DNA of 64,000 bases from the human T2T-CHM13v2.0 reference genome, Homo sapiens: the NCBI RefSeq assembly GCF_009914755.1, contig NC_060931.1. The stretch is one strand, 5' to 3'. Positions 1 through 12,979 of this stretch are shown in pieces. A program made the translations under genes and the position numbers. The first letter of the stretch is position 1. Each line of letters starts with the position of its first letter. Under the pieces are notes generated by a model. That model searched no databases and was not told the origin of the DNA. It saw only the letters and a list, made by a program, of their open reading frames with translations.

Positions 1-359
1 TGCTCCTGCCTTAGCCCCTGGGCTTACCTTTGGTACGTACTTACCTTTGGTAGGCCCCAGTACTTACCTTTGATAACAAAATGAGGGGAACCCTGAGGAC
101 CTAGACCAACGAAGGCCAAAGTTGGCATGTTCGTGTTCCTGGGGAATCTTAAGCTCCATGAATATCTCTTAGTTCACTCCTGCCCCTGTTTGTGGCTTTC
201 ACCTTGATGGAGAGCTTCTGGCTGAGAGTAGAGTTCTACTGGTTTACCGTGTTGTTGCCATTCTCTATACAAGTTTGCAGGGATGAGAAATCATAAAACC
301 TGCCCACATCCATATTCAACTGCAGGAAGAGACTCTGAACCTGTCCATTTGTCCCACAG

Positions 360-986
360 GCCCAAGGGAAAGGCAGCTGCAGTCCACAGGACCCGAGCAG
401 AATCCGGGGACATCAGAACTGACAGTCCTCCTTGTGGGGAAACGCGGTGCTGGAAAAAGTGCAGCAGGAAACAGCATTCTGGGGAGGCAGGCCTTTCAGA
501 CCGGATTTAGTGAGCAGTCAGTAACCCAGAGCTTCTTGTCTGAGAGCAGAAGCTGGAGAAAAAAGAAAGTTTCGATCATTGATGCTCCGGACATCTCATC
601 TTTAAAGAACATTGACTCAGAAGTTAGAAAACACATCTGTACAGGCCCCCATGCCTTCCTGCTGGTGACACCACTGGGCTTTTACACTAAGAATGATGAG
701 GCAGTGCTGAGCACCATCCAAAACAATTTTGGAGAAAAATTCTTTGAGTACATGATCATACTTCTTACCAGGAAAGAAGATTTAGGGGATCAGGATCTAG
801 ATACGTTCTTAAGAAACAGCAATAAAGCTCTCTATGGTCTCATCCAGAAGTGTAAAAACAGATATAGTGCCTTCAACTACCGGGCAACAGGAGAAGAAGA
901 GCAAAGGCAGGCGGACGAGCTCCTGGAAAAAATTGAGAGCATGGTGCATCAGAATGGGAACAAGCATTGTGTTTTCAGAGAAAAAG
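360..986 (+). CDS. GIMAP8: GIMAP8 penultimate coding exon (second AIG1-type GTPase domain)
   Basis: Acceptor ...tttgtcccacag|G at 359/360 and donor AAAG|gtaaaa at 986/987. Frame reads (G)PRERQLQSTGPEQNPGTSELTVLLVGKRGAGKS...DAPD...TRKED...HCVFREK with P-loop GxxxxGKS and G4 TRKED. Phase-1 junction joins in frame to the next exon (G+AA=Glu). Confidence 0.96.
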
Positions 987-1055
987 GTAAAACTGTGAAT
1001 AGGATATATATTTTTACATATATCATTTAAAAATAGGTATAAAATATATAAGAAC

Positions 1056-1456
1056 TTTTTATTTTCTTTTTTTTCTTTTTTTTTATTATACTTTAAGTTT
1101 TAGGGTACATGTGCACATTGTGCAGGTTAGTTACATATGTATACATGTGCCATGCTGGTGCGCTGCACCCACTAACTCGTCATCTAGCATTAGGTATATC
1201 TCCCAATGCTATCCCTCCCCACTCCCCCCACCCCACAACAGTCCCCAGAGTGTGATATTCCCCTTCCTGTGTCCATGTGATCTTATTGTTCAATTCCCAC
1301 CTATGAGTGAGAATATGCGGTGTTTGGTTTTTTGTTCTTGCGATAGTTTACTGAGAATGATGATTTCCAATTTCATCCATGTCCCTTCAAAGGACATGAA
1401 CTCATCATTTTTTATGGCTGCATAGTATTCCATGGTGTATATGTGCCACATTTTCT
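1056..1456 (-). mobile_element. 5'-truncated young L1 3' end (L1PA2-like) in GIMAP8 intron
   Basis: Poly(T) followed by the reverse complement of the L1 3'UTR; minus strand reads gatgacGAGttagtgggtgcagcgcacc (GAG, not the Ta ACA). Confidence 0.9.
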
Positions 1457-1489
1457 AAAAGGCATAGAGAAGATAAAAAGGACAGGTCT

Positions 1490-1669
1490 CCTGTTCCTGT
1501 GTTAGTCTGCTTAGGATGGCAGCCTCCAGCTCTATCTATGTTACTGCAAAAGACAGGATTTCATTCTTTTTTATGGCTGCCTATTATTCTATGGTGTATA
1601 TGTACCTGTACCTAAAATAAAAGTTGAAATGAAACAAAAAAGAAGTTGAAACTGGAAGAAAAATAAAGG
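1490..1669 (+). mobile_element. Small older L1 insertion with inverted body and sense A-rich tail
   Basis: Antisense L1 ORF2-end/3'UTR segment 1490-1607, then sense tgtacctaaaataaaagttg and an A-rich tail; flanked by aaggacaggtct (1478-1489) and aaggataggtct (1670-1681). Confidence 0.6.
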
Positions 1670-3439
1670 AAGGATAGGTCTGTTCTATGGACTAACTCTT
1701 TTCTCTTTCTTTGCTTCTCAAATTGTACTGAAGTTATAGCTTTTCCATGCACATTCTCTTGAACCGGTCTTTAATTTTTTCATGATCTTTACTATCTCTT
1801 CAACTGGATAGTGTGAGTGTCTTGAAGAAAGGAGCTGATGCTTTCCAACCCTTTGTTTCCCCACAGTGTACTGTTGCCCAGAGCTTGGCACACTGCTCTC
1901 TTTACTACTTAAGAAGGGCTCCTCATCCACTTAGTGCTACACGTTCAGTTGACCTATGCTGAGGTCCTTCCCATTCTTACTCATCCCGTTTTTTTTTCTG
2001 CTTCAAACATCCTCACCCAGGAAGAAGATAAAACCCAAAGGAGCATATTTTCTTATTGAACCCTCCTTTAGAAGTATAGATACATGGGAAAGTCAGGAGA
2101 GGCTTTGTGTAGAAAGCCCAATTTGAAACAGGTTTTAGAGAATGGGTAGGGATTAAATGGCTGAGCAGAAAGCTGGAAGATATTCCAGAGAGTACACCAG
2201 CAATTTGAAGCAAAGAGGTAGGACTAAGCATGTCACTTGTTAGGGGACAAAAAAGAATAATCTTGGTGGAGATGGGGGTTCACAGCTCTAAAGGACATCT
2301 TCCAAGAACATTGAAGATTAAGGCGTTGAACATTAAGAACACTGAATTAGAGAATATGGGATGGGGAGTGGGGCCGGATTTCAGAGGTACATGAGAAACA
2401 CACCCTCTGTAGGTACAGAAGTAGGGACTGAAATATATGACAAATATGGGAGTGTTGGAAGATTAAGCTATTGTTCATCTGCTGGGCATAACTATGAAGT
2501 TGAAGTTTCAGCATAAACAGGTTAATAATTTCCCCTTGAAGGAAGAGCATGGGATGTGCTTTCTTCCTCCTTTGCATTGAAGTAGATATTAGCTATTTGA
2601 TATGAAATTCATAATGGAAGAGAACTACGAAGAGACTTGAATGAGCACTGGACTGTCACAGTGCAAGTGCAAAAGCATAAGAACGATCTCCAAAGAACGC
2701 ATATTGTAAGGTCTCTATGTGTCTGTAAATTCCATTTATAGGGAAATTCATTCTCTTTCTCCATCATGGACACCACACACCCAACAGTGTTAGTGGATAT
2801 TCATTATTATAACCATGCGGTTTCTTCTGACTCATCAGTGAAAGGCAATTAAGTTCAATGTGGTTTTAATGAGAAATGAATTTTTACATGTCCTAACTAA
2901 GGAAACTGGTAATCTATCAGTGATATGTAGAGTTTCTTTTTCATGAAAGTCAATTTTACAGAATAATTCTTTAAATACTGTAAGGAGATGTTGCTATAGT
3001 TAGCAGTAGTTGGGAGTGAGAAGATGTAGTTGTAACAGGAACAGAAGACAAAGGGATGAGATGTGTAGACGGAACCCAGCTGAGGGGAGCAGAGAGTAAG
3101 AAGGCCAGGGGACACTCACAGGTGCCAGGGAGTCTGTCTGGAAGGTGCTGCAAAAAGGGAGCAGAGCCGATTCAGTGATAGGAACAGTGCCACATTGGTG
3201 GATGAACCCTGGACGGAGACTGTATGTAGTCCAAGTCCTGCCATGAGTCCACAGACTGAGTGAACTGGGCCAAGTCATTCCCGTGTTTGGAGATCCCCCT
3301 GCTTGGGTGAGAAGGAGGTCTTGATGCTGTTTGAACATGCTGTTTACTTTAGTGATGTAATCTTGCTTCATGGGATAACTTTAAAATCCAATTTCAGATC
3401 AGCCCATGGTCACGAATCTTTCCCACTTTCCTTTGACAG

Positions 3440-4128
3440 AAACCCTGAACATTGTCCTTGTGGGGAGAAGCGGGACTGGGAAGAGTGCGACCGGGAACTC
3501 TATCCTGGGGAGCCTCGTCTTCACCTCTCGGCTCCGGGCCCAGCCAGTCACCAAGACCAGCCAGAGTGGCAGGAGGACATGGGACGGACAGGAGGTGGTG
3601 GTTGTGGACACTCCTTCCTTCAACCAGATGCTGGATGTCGAAAAGGACCCATCCCGGTTAGAAGAGGAGGTCAAGCGCTGTTTGTCCTGCTGTGAAAAAG
3701 GGGACACATTTTTTGTCCTGGTGTTCCAGCTGGGACGATTCACTGAAGAGGACAAAACAGCTGTGGCGAAACTGGAGGCCATCTTTGGAGCAGACTTTAC
3801 GAAATACGCGATTATGCTGTTCACCCGGAAGGAAGACCTAGGGGCGGGGAATTTGGAAGACTTCATGAAGAACTCAGATAACAAAGCCCTTCGGCGCATT
3901 TTTAAAAAGTGTGGGCGGCGAGTTTGTGCTTTTAACAACAAAGAAACAGGCCAGGCCCAGGAAACCCAGGTGAAAGCTCTTTTAACAAAGGTCAATGATC
4001 TGAGAAAAGAAAGTGGGTGGTCCGGGTATCCCCATACACAGGAGAACGTCAGCAAACTAATTAAAAATGTCCAGGAAATGTCCCAAGCCGAAAAACTCCT
4101 TAAAAATTTAATAGGTATTTTACAATAG
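3440..4128 (+). CDS. GIMAP8: GIMAP8 last coding exon (third GTPase domain, C-terminus ...KNLIGILQ*)
   Basis: Acceptor cactttcctttgacag|AA at 3439/3440; GRSGTGKS, DTPS, QLGRFTEED, TRKED and FNN motifs; stop TAG 4126-4128. Confidence 0.96.
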
Positions 4129-5741
4129 GTAGCCGAAGTGCCTGGGGTCTCTTCAATTAGAGACACCCTCAGGTTGGGGGGAGGGGCGGGGCATGGTACA
4201 ACCTGTGGGAAGGGAAGCGGGTTCATGGCTTTGAGGGCCTGAGAGGCAAATGCATCCCGCCTTGTGATGTATCAGCTATTTGTAGATAAATAAATTGCAG
4301 GTGGGGGCGAATAGTAGGGTATTATAAAGGAGAAAGAAGATACAAGGTGGGGAAATCTGGAAAAAGATTTCAGACATTAGGCTGATAATAAGTGGTAGAA
4401 TCAAGTCACAAGAATCACCTCACTTGTGTAGGTAGGTTGGAATCAGGATAGACACTGTGATCAAGGCTGAGGCCACCTGGGATGAGAATATAGATAGTCG
4501 TACAACAACCCAGGGGATCCAGATACATGAGACCAGGGCAGCGTTCAGCACACTCCTGGGCATGGCGGAAGCAGGAAGCAGACTCCAGAGGGCCTCCCTG
4601 TTGTCCAGGGCCGTTGGCTCCCTGAGCTCTCCTGTCTCCTTTGGGATGCGACTTAGGGCTAGAGTGTTCTTTTCTTCACACGTTAGCCATTCCTTACGGC
4701 TCTTCACGTTCCACGCCTAGATGTGAAGTGGGACATAGTCTTCCATTGCTGGCTGTCCCTGAGGAAACAGACATGAGTCTTGGAGGTTCTGAATGATTTT
4801 ATTGCTAATTATCACAGTGACATAGACTAGAACAGAAATTAGAAGCATAGTAAGATTGCCAAAATCAGAGAATCTTGCAAAGTTCTGTAATTCTAAGTGT
4901 TGTTCTAGATTTCCTCTAGAGAAGGTTATTAGAATCTCCATTGCGTTTCTCTTTCTCCTTCTCTTTCCCTTGAGGTTAGGAAACAGGTTAAAACTCAGAG
5001 AACTCCAATAATAATGGTTTAAAAACATCAGGGGCTTCCTGTATCTCCTGTCAGGAAGCCGAGGAATAAGCAGGCTGGGGCTGGTGGGCGTCAACATCCC
5101 AGTTTTGTTCTATCTTTCTGTCCCACCTGCACTGGGATGTGGCTTCTACACTCGAATTTGCTTCTTGGTTTCAAGACAGTGGTGTTCTTTCCATAGCTGA
5201 GCAGATTATTTTGAGAGGTGGGTGATATGTGAGAGAGAAATCTGGAACCTTCTTCTGGGTAGATACAGGATAAGATAGATACAGGGTAAAATGTTGAGCA
5301 CTTTGTACATGCTTTGAGAGCATAATCTTTGTCATCTGTTTTTTTCCCCTAGACAATATCAGGTTACCGTCAACATTAATCCATTTAAAAGGACATGGAC
5401 TGTTGCCATTAATACTTTTGGATTCCATATAACCCTTAACACAATAACTTCTAGAAAATGTGTGTGCCGTAGACACAAAGAAGGGAACAATAGACACCAG
5501 GGTATACTTGAGGGTGGAGGGTGGCAGGAGGGTGAAGATTGAAAAGCTGCCTATTGCGTGTTATGCTGGTTTCCTGGGTGACAAAATTACCTGTACACCA
5601 CACCCCTGTGACACACAACTTACTCATGTAACAAACCTGTGCATGTACCCCTTGAACCTGAAATAAAAATTGGAAAGTAAAAAAAAGTGTGTAAATATAT
5701 TTAGTTGAATCAAATAATAAAGATGAATCATTATGAATTCA
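4129..5741 (+). other. GIMAP8: GIMAP8 3'UTR (end approximate)
   Basis: Follows the stop codon. AATAAA at 5716-5721 with T-rich sequence downstream; further AATAAA near 4289 and 5662. Confidence 0.65.
5462..5686 (+). mobile_element. L1 3' end (L1PA15/16-like) inside the GIMAP8 3'UTR
   Basis: gaagggaacaatagacacc...gagggtggagggtgg...gtaacaaacctgtgcatgtaccccttgaacctgaaataaaa followed by an A tail. Confidence 0.8.
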
Positions 5742-6214
5742 CATTCTCTTTCTGATTTCTATTTTTGTGATTTAGGGAAGCAGCATACCTTCATGAAGAG
5801 ACAATTGAGATGTTTAGATACCTTGACTCAGGCGAGGTTTTTGTATCTTTGGTGCCTGAGGACCTTCATTTAGACTGGGTGACAGCCATTTGTGTGGCAG
5901 GTCCCTGACAGCTCAGTTATCTTTCACTCTGGACATCTAAGTATAGCAAGGACAAATAAATGTAACCAGTATTAGAACCAGAAACATGGGAGGAATAAGG
6001 TCTGAAAGGCATTTTGTGCTTCTTCCCTGAGCTTCCCTTCTGCCTGAAGGCAGAAACAAATCCCAGTGTGCTACCTATGGCTGAGCAGGTGACACTGGGA
6101 GCTGCACAAGGTGGGTGATGTGTGGGCTAAGCAATGTGGCATCCTCTCACAGGTTGGCTCTAACATACCTTGCTGTTTTCCTTCAGGTCCAAGTCTGAAC
6201 GGGGCAACAATACT

Positions 6215-6600
6215 GCTGTGTCAGTTTCTCTGAGAAATACATGCCGAGAAAGAGTTAGGAGCACAAGAGGTTTATGGGGAAAGCTCATGAAAGACAAAAG
6301 AGGGAAGAAGCCAAATTGGGCAGGGAAAGCCTTCAGACTGTCATTTAGACTGGACACTTGCAAGAGAAAAGTGGGGAGGAGCTGAGTTGGGCAGGAAGAG
6401 CCTGGCAAAGCCCAGGCCAACTCAATAGGGAATTCTGGGGCAAAGACAGATTAATAGCCAAGTCCTGCATTGGACAGACACTAGGAGCTCTGCTGTGCTC
6501 CGCTTTAGGCTGGGGACTGGCTGGAGAAAGCATGGCTTCAGCTCAGAAGCTCAGATGGGACCTGACAGTGTTGCAGCTGGAGCTGAATGGCAAGTTTCTT
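6215..6600. mobile_element. Probable ancient ERVL-type LTR fragment (LTR16/LTR33-like)
   Basis: Degenerate similarity to recalled LTR16/33 motifs (gaggtttatgggg...aattgggcaggg). Confidence 0.35.
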
Positions 6601-6810
6601 CTTGAAGTGAAAGCCTTCAAGAGTGGCGTCCCTTCCTCACTGCCATAATTGGCGGACATCCTCCATGTCTCACTGAAGACCCTCCTTGAGCTGGAAGTCC
6701 AGAACTGATATTCTACTCTCTCAAACATATGTGTCTTACCAAGGCCACTATCATGCTGGCCACCTATTGCTTGTCCTGCCTCTCCAATGTGACATCATTG
6801 AGGTAATGTG

Positions 6811-7340
6811 CTAGTTCTCAACTGGAAACAATTTTGCCCTGTAGAAGACATTTGGCAATTCCTGGAGAAATTTTCTTTTTCTTTTTTTGGAGACGGAGTC
6901 TTCCTCAGTCACCCAGGCTGGAGCGCAGTGGTGTGATCTGGGGTCACAGCAAGCTCCGCCTCCCAGGTTCATGCTATTCTCCTGCCTCGGGCTGCCGAGT
7001 AGCTGGGACAACAGGCGCCCACCACCACGCCCGGCTAATTTTTTTTAAAAATTACTTTTAGTAGAGATGGGGTTTCACTGTGTTGGCCAGGATGGTCTTG
7101 ATCTCCTGACCTCGTGATCTGCCCGCCTTGGCCCCTCAAAGTGCTGGGATTACAGGCGTGAGCCACCACACCCAGCCTCCTGGAGAATTTTTTAGTTGCC
7201 ACAACAGGGAGTGGGTGCTACTGGTATGTGGTAAATAGAATCCAGGGATGCTACTGAACATCCTAAGATGCACACGACAGTCCCCCACAACAGAGTTATC
7301 TGGACCAAAATGTCAATAGTCCCAAGGCTGAGAGACCCTG
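6811..7340 (+). mobile_element. MER20 (hAT-Charlie) DNA transposon interrupted by an Alu
   Basis: gtttctcaac...gacatttggcaat on the left and ...ccagggatgctactgaacatcct...caaaatgtcaatagt...aggctgagagaccctg on the right. Confidence 0.8.
6875..7177 (-). mobile_element. AluY-like
   Basis: Full Alu dimer; gcaagctccgcc diagnostic; TSD tcctggagaa(a/t)tttt at 6860-6874 and 7178-7192. Confidence 0.92.
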
Positions 7341-8739
7341 ATACAGTGGACCAATGTGATAGACTGCAGGATGTACAGATGATCCAGACCTCTTTTGGTT
7401 AGAGAGTGGGAGAGGTAACTTCTAAGGAAATGTTTTTTGCCTATTTACAGTGCCTCTGTTTTGCTGATGCACTAAGAACATGCTTATTTTTCACAAAGGG
7501 TCATCCAGCACCCCCAGCCTCCTCTCCTTCCTCAGAGCAATCCTTTTCACTTCATTTCTCTCTTTTCCTGCACTGAGCAAGATTTACTGAAGAACAAGGC
7601 TTTTGTGATGAACTTAGCATAAAGAGTAAAAAAAAAAAAAATAGTTTCGTGATTCCATGACGACAGAAAGTCCCATAAAATTTGGCTAAATTTCTGCAAG
7701 GGAGTCAGCTAAGTTGCTGACATGATCTGTGAAGCCTGCCAGCAAGCTCACTTCCCTAGAAGAATCCCCAGGCCACTTGGCTATGAGCCTCTTCTCCTCC
7801 TCCCTCAAATGAAGCATCCACCTTTTCAGTAAAAACCCTCTCCTTCCTAGCTCATCCTTACATTAGCTTGTTCCATGGGCCCACTGGTCCAGCCTCTACC
7901 ACTAGCACACTATCATCCTCCCTAGCAGATGAAGGCATCGGCAGGCCCACCTCCCGTTCTCCCATGAGAGGCAGCTTGATGTTCATGAGAAACCTCCGTG
8001 GCCTTCACTCTTGCACCTCTGTATTTCTGTGAATACACACAGGATGTGCTCAACAGACTGGTGTAAAATCTAGTTGTGAACAGCATGATCAGCATGATAC
8101 ATTTTCCTCTTCAGCTACAAACTTCCTGTTTATTGCTCTTCACTTCACATCGTCCTCATGTATGTTGGTGGGTGGTAGTGTGGCGGGCTTGCGTTTCCTG
8201 ACCCACAGATTATAGGGCAGCGTGTAGGCTAGACTAAAAGGGGTCAAGCCAGGGCCAAGGTGTCATGCCTAAAAGACCCTCTGGGAAAATACTTGTAATT
8301 TGTCCTTCAAAAATCATCAGTAACCTGAAGTTTAAAATGACATCATGTCGACAATAATTATGAATGTTTTCCTAGCTTGCAACCCACCTGCTCTTGCAGC
8401 ACTATGGGCTGCCAGCAAGTTCCTGTTTCCCTCAATTTATTTCTGAGGTTTCCCAATGGATGAGTTACATTAGCTACCGAAAATTTCTGTCACTTGTCAC
8501 GTGGTGTTTATCTTGGTTTTACTTTTGTCCTGATCCAAATCCTTCTCCACTGGGTGCTGCTTACTAGGCACTGTTAACTACAAAGCATGCCTTTCAATCC
8601 TGTTGGCCACCACAGCTTCAAGTCAACACTGCAAGGCCTACTGGGTATTGGAGCATGCGCTAAACACCTTTGGTCTTTCTTCTATTTGTGTTTTCACTGG
8701 GTAATGAGGTTCTCACGGGCACCACTTTTGGCTCCACTG

Positions 8740-9050
8740 GCTGTTCATCCCTTCCTTCCTGGGTTTCCTATTTTGCAAATGGTGCCATAATCTGTCTAGT
8801 TGTCCATGACAGAAGCCTTGACTCTTTCTTCCAACAAATAACAAAAGAGTTGTGTATTATAAAGGCTTCATGTCTCTCTGGAGCATCCACTTTTTTTTTT
8901 TCCTTATCTCTACTCGAGTTATGGTCACCATCGTTTCTGGACTGGATTGTTGCAACTGTTTCTTTGGATTGAACCTGTTTCGAGGCTTGCTTCTCTCAAA
9001 TTACCTTTCACACTGCAACCATAATGCTATATATTTATAAGACAAATATA
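8740..9050 (-). mobile_element. L2 fragment (orientation approximate)
   Basis: Minus strand reads gttgcaacaatccag...gatggtg...gtggatg...atggcaccattt, like the L2 3' region. Confidence 0.45.
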
Positions 9051-9059
9051 ATTGTGAGA

Positions 9060-9450
9060 TGATGTCAGTGGGAATAGCAGAATAATGTCCTCCAAAAATC
9101 TCCACAAAGATAGAGAACACTGTCAAAAAATAGTCAGAATCAACTCTTTTTTTTTTTTTTTTTCAGAACTCTGGGTATCAACCCAACGCTTGAAGCAATA
9201 TTGAGAGTGTTCATTCAAGAAAAATAGTAAGAATAGTGAGTTCTGTCATGTTTCAACTTGCCCCTTTCTCATTACCCCCAACTCTGTGGTAACCTTGAAA
9301 ACCAAAAAACTAAAATCACTATGAAAACTAGCAGCCTGGAAGCCACTGAAGGGAGCTGAATGGAGTTAGAGCCCCTTAAAAGTCCCATTTCTAGAAAAAT
9401 GTCATTATTTGACCTGTCCAGTGGTGCCCTGGGAGATCCCACTTGCAATT
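9060..9450 (+). mobile_element. Old L1M 5'-region fragment
   Basis: agtcagaatcaactcttt...cagaactctgg...ttcattcaagaaaaat resembles the L1M 5' UTR. Confidence 0.5.
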
Positions 9451-9451
9451 C

Positions 9452-9722
9452 AGGAATGGAAAACCAAATAGTGTATTTTCTCATTTCTTAGTGGGAGCTA
9501 AGCTATGAGGACGCAAAGGCACGAGAATGATATAATGGACTGAGGAACTGGGAGGGGGGCAGATTGGGAGGGGGATGAGGGATAAAAGACGACACTGGGT
9601 CCAGTGTACTCTGCTTGGGTGACGGGTGCACTAAAATCTCAGAGATCACCACTAGATAACTTATCCATGTAACCAAAAACCACCTGTACCCCAAAAACCA
9701 TTGAAATAAAAATTAAAAAAGG
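9452..9722 (+). mobile_element. L1PB-like 3' end
   Basis: gtgggagctaagctatgaggacgcaaaggc...ctcagagatcaccact...ccacctgtaccccaaaaacc-attgaaataaaaa. Confidence 0.85.
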
Positions 9723-11819
9723 AACAAGGTAATGAAAAAGAATAAATATAGTACTAATTTAAAAGAAAGAAAAATCCTGAGATCCTCCCCACTGTTTCTA
9801 AGAGTCCTCTTTTTCCTCAGCCTTTTCTCTACCTCCTCAGTCCTACAGAATTATGCACTGTTTCTTTGTTGGTGCAAGACTCCAAAAGCCTAAAATGTGG
9901 TGTTTTTACTGTTACTTTAAAAAAAAAAAAAAAACACCCTGGTATTCACACACACAATTATTCCTATTCGACTTTTTCTTTTTCCTGTTGTTTTAGTTTC
10001 AGGAACTTTTACTGGAGGTTCTGCAGAGAACATGCAGAGTCAGCATGCAGCCTTCCTTCCTGATTTTGATCACTCTTCCTTTTGCTCCTTCCTCTTTTAA
10101 AAAAGTGTAAGACGCTTTTATTTGTGTCTTGAGAGACTGTTCTTTAGTGGATAATAATATCTCTGTTTTAGTCTGTCAAGCTTTGGTTAAAAAAACTCAT
10201 TCCTACCCCCTTCTACATTACATTGAAAGGTAGGAAAAGTCCATTTAATAAACATTTAAAAACCCCACATATTCAGAATATTGGATACATTATAAATGAT
10301 CATCAAGTATGGGCATAAGAATGTTTAGAGTACCCCATCAGGTTTAACAAGAAGATATATTTATACTGATTTCTGGCATTCAATTTATGTTCTTTAAATA
10401 CCTAAAAGACTCATTTCTAAATCTTCTAGCTCCTGGAGAAGGGCTATCTCTTTTTGAATTTTCTCCAGCTGCTTTTTTTCCTAGCTGTTTGCCGTTTGCT
10501 GCTTGTTATTTCAGTTGTTTGATTGTTTTCAGTTTCCTAGGTTCTCATGTTTTCCCCGCTATCTTAAAATCTCTTCATGTTGGCTGAGAGAAGATATTTT
10601 GGGGTGTGTTTCCTGTTTTGCAGTGACTGGCTTCATGCTTCCTTTGTTCTTAGGGGATGTTTTGGGAAATGGCTTGTTATTTGCCCTTGTAGTTTCATAT
10701 TCTCTGCGGCCCCTCCTCATGTAGCTTAAGATCAATGACTTGTTCATTTCTTCTAAGTGGAGTTCTAAAAGTCATTGCAATATTGGCTCCTCACAGGGTA
10801 CTTAGAACTGCTTAATAAGTTATTGATTTTATTGGAAATACTATGTCCAGAATTTTTCGCTAACGATTTCTGCATTTGATGGCATGATATTTTTGTGCAG
10901 GATAGAGCTAGTATAATGGAAAATCTCGCACCCATTATTAACACATAACCTGGGGGCACATGTAGTAGTTGTTGCAAGACAGGTTCAGTATACAAGTATC
11001 AGTCATGTATTACACCATATTAATAGAATGAAGGACAAAAATTGCATGATCATTTCACTGGATGCAGAAAAAACATTGTACAGCTCTTTATCTGGGCACC
11101 AAGCAAAGTATGTAAAATTTGAAGCCATAGGTTTGGAAATAAGTTTGTGGTTTTTAACATCCCACAATTTTTCCCCTTGATTTCCAAACCCCTACAGTAG
11201 TAATATGTATGAATACAGTGGTAATATGTATGAAGACTATAGTAGACTGTATTACAAGAGCCAGTTCCAAAGTCAAGTTTACAATCACACAGCAAGTAGA
11301 GAATTGCTGCTTTGACAAGAGTTTTCCTAGAGGGCCCAACTCATTATAAATGGGATCACTCTTCAGTATTTACATTATAGCATTTTATTTGTTGCAATAT
11401 AGAAACAGGTTTGTTATTGACAGTAGGAAACTATGGTTTTGTCGACATCTGCATTACCTATTACCAACTCACCGGTAGCTTTTAGATTGTATTTTAGTTC
11501 TCACTACTAATGTTACTTTGCCTCAAACCAGGAAACAGGTTCCTAGATCTCCCTACACCCATGTATACGTAGCCTGCCTGGGGCTTCCTTTTTCCATGTT
11601 ATAAGCTGTCTGGAGTAGGCCTATTTTGGGCAGATTCCGGCTAATCTTTCCTCTTCAGGTTTACTTTTCTCAGTCTAATGTGGTATGGATGTTAGCTGAG
11701 TTGTACTGTGGGCTCATGCTACTCCATTTAGAAAGAAAATTTGGGAAGCCTCATTTTGAACTTTCATTCTTGTTGTGTTCTTCACTCCAACATCTTAGGG
11801 GGCTCTGTGTTTTGGATGA

Positions 11820-12165
<346 letters not shown>

Positions 12166-12979
12166 GTATATATGCTATTATTCAGAGCTATGGAGGAAAG
12201 AAGGGGCTCATCGGCACGCTGAATCGAAACAGTAACACCTGGAATGTGAACGGTGGTTCGAAAAGTATTAACATGCTTACTTTTTGGAATTTCTAAGCAC
12301 ATGAACATGGCTAAATTCTGTTGGAGGCACCCGTCTGTCCTCAGGTGAAATTAAGATATGTTTGGTTATAAAAGAGATGCCAAGAGAAAAATAAAGGTAA
12401 TATTCAGATTCAGATATTTTAAGAAAATGGCTTTGCATAAATCCAACAACATTGCAAGCCAAGATTTTGTCTAAGTATATCAACAGTCATGTCTGGTAGG
12501 GTAGGCAATCTGTTTTTCTGTTTCACTCCAAGAACATACCAAAATATTTCAATCACATCTATCTTCCCAAAAACTACTCTGATATTAGCTTAACATTACA
12601 AACGATTTCCCCTTTTAATGAATGAATGAATCACCTCTAGCTACTACTAACTCTTAGTACACAATTTTTAAAAACAGTCTCTGGGGCTTCTGATATTTGT
12701 TTTAAGTTTTAATCATTAATGGATGACTGTTTCTGAAAATCCACTTTTCCCCTTACATTTGTGAGATAAAATAAAAGAGACCGTAAACGTCAGATAAGGT
12801 TCAGCCAGAGAATTATATTCTGTACAAATAATGGTACAACAGCAATCTTTGGTTGTTGGGGCAGCTGCAACACAGCACAGATGTTACCTTCAACTTCCTT
12901 TGTAAAAAAATAAGTTTAAGTGTAAAAAATATATTATGACTTTATGATAAGGAAGGCTGGGGACTCTTTTCACATCTAG

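Noticed and set aside
434-1030. ORF as a standalone 198-aa gene
   Set aside because: It is an internal GIMAP8 exon (360-986); the start is GTG and the tail is intron read-through.
3399-4226. 275-aa minus-strand ORF and overlapping alternative-frame ORFs
   Set aside because: Antisense or shifted shadows of the GIMAP8 exon with no recognisable motifs.
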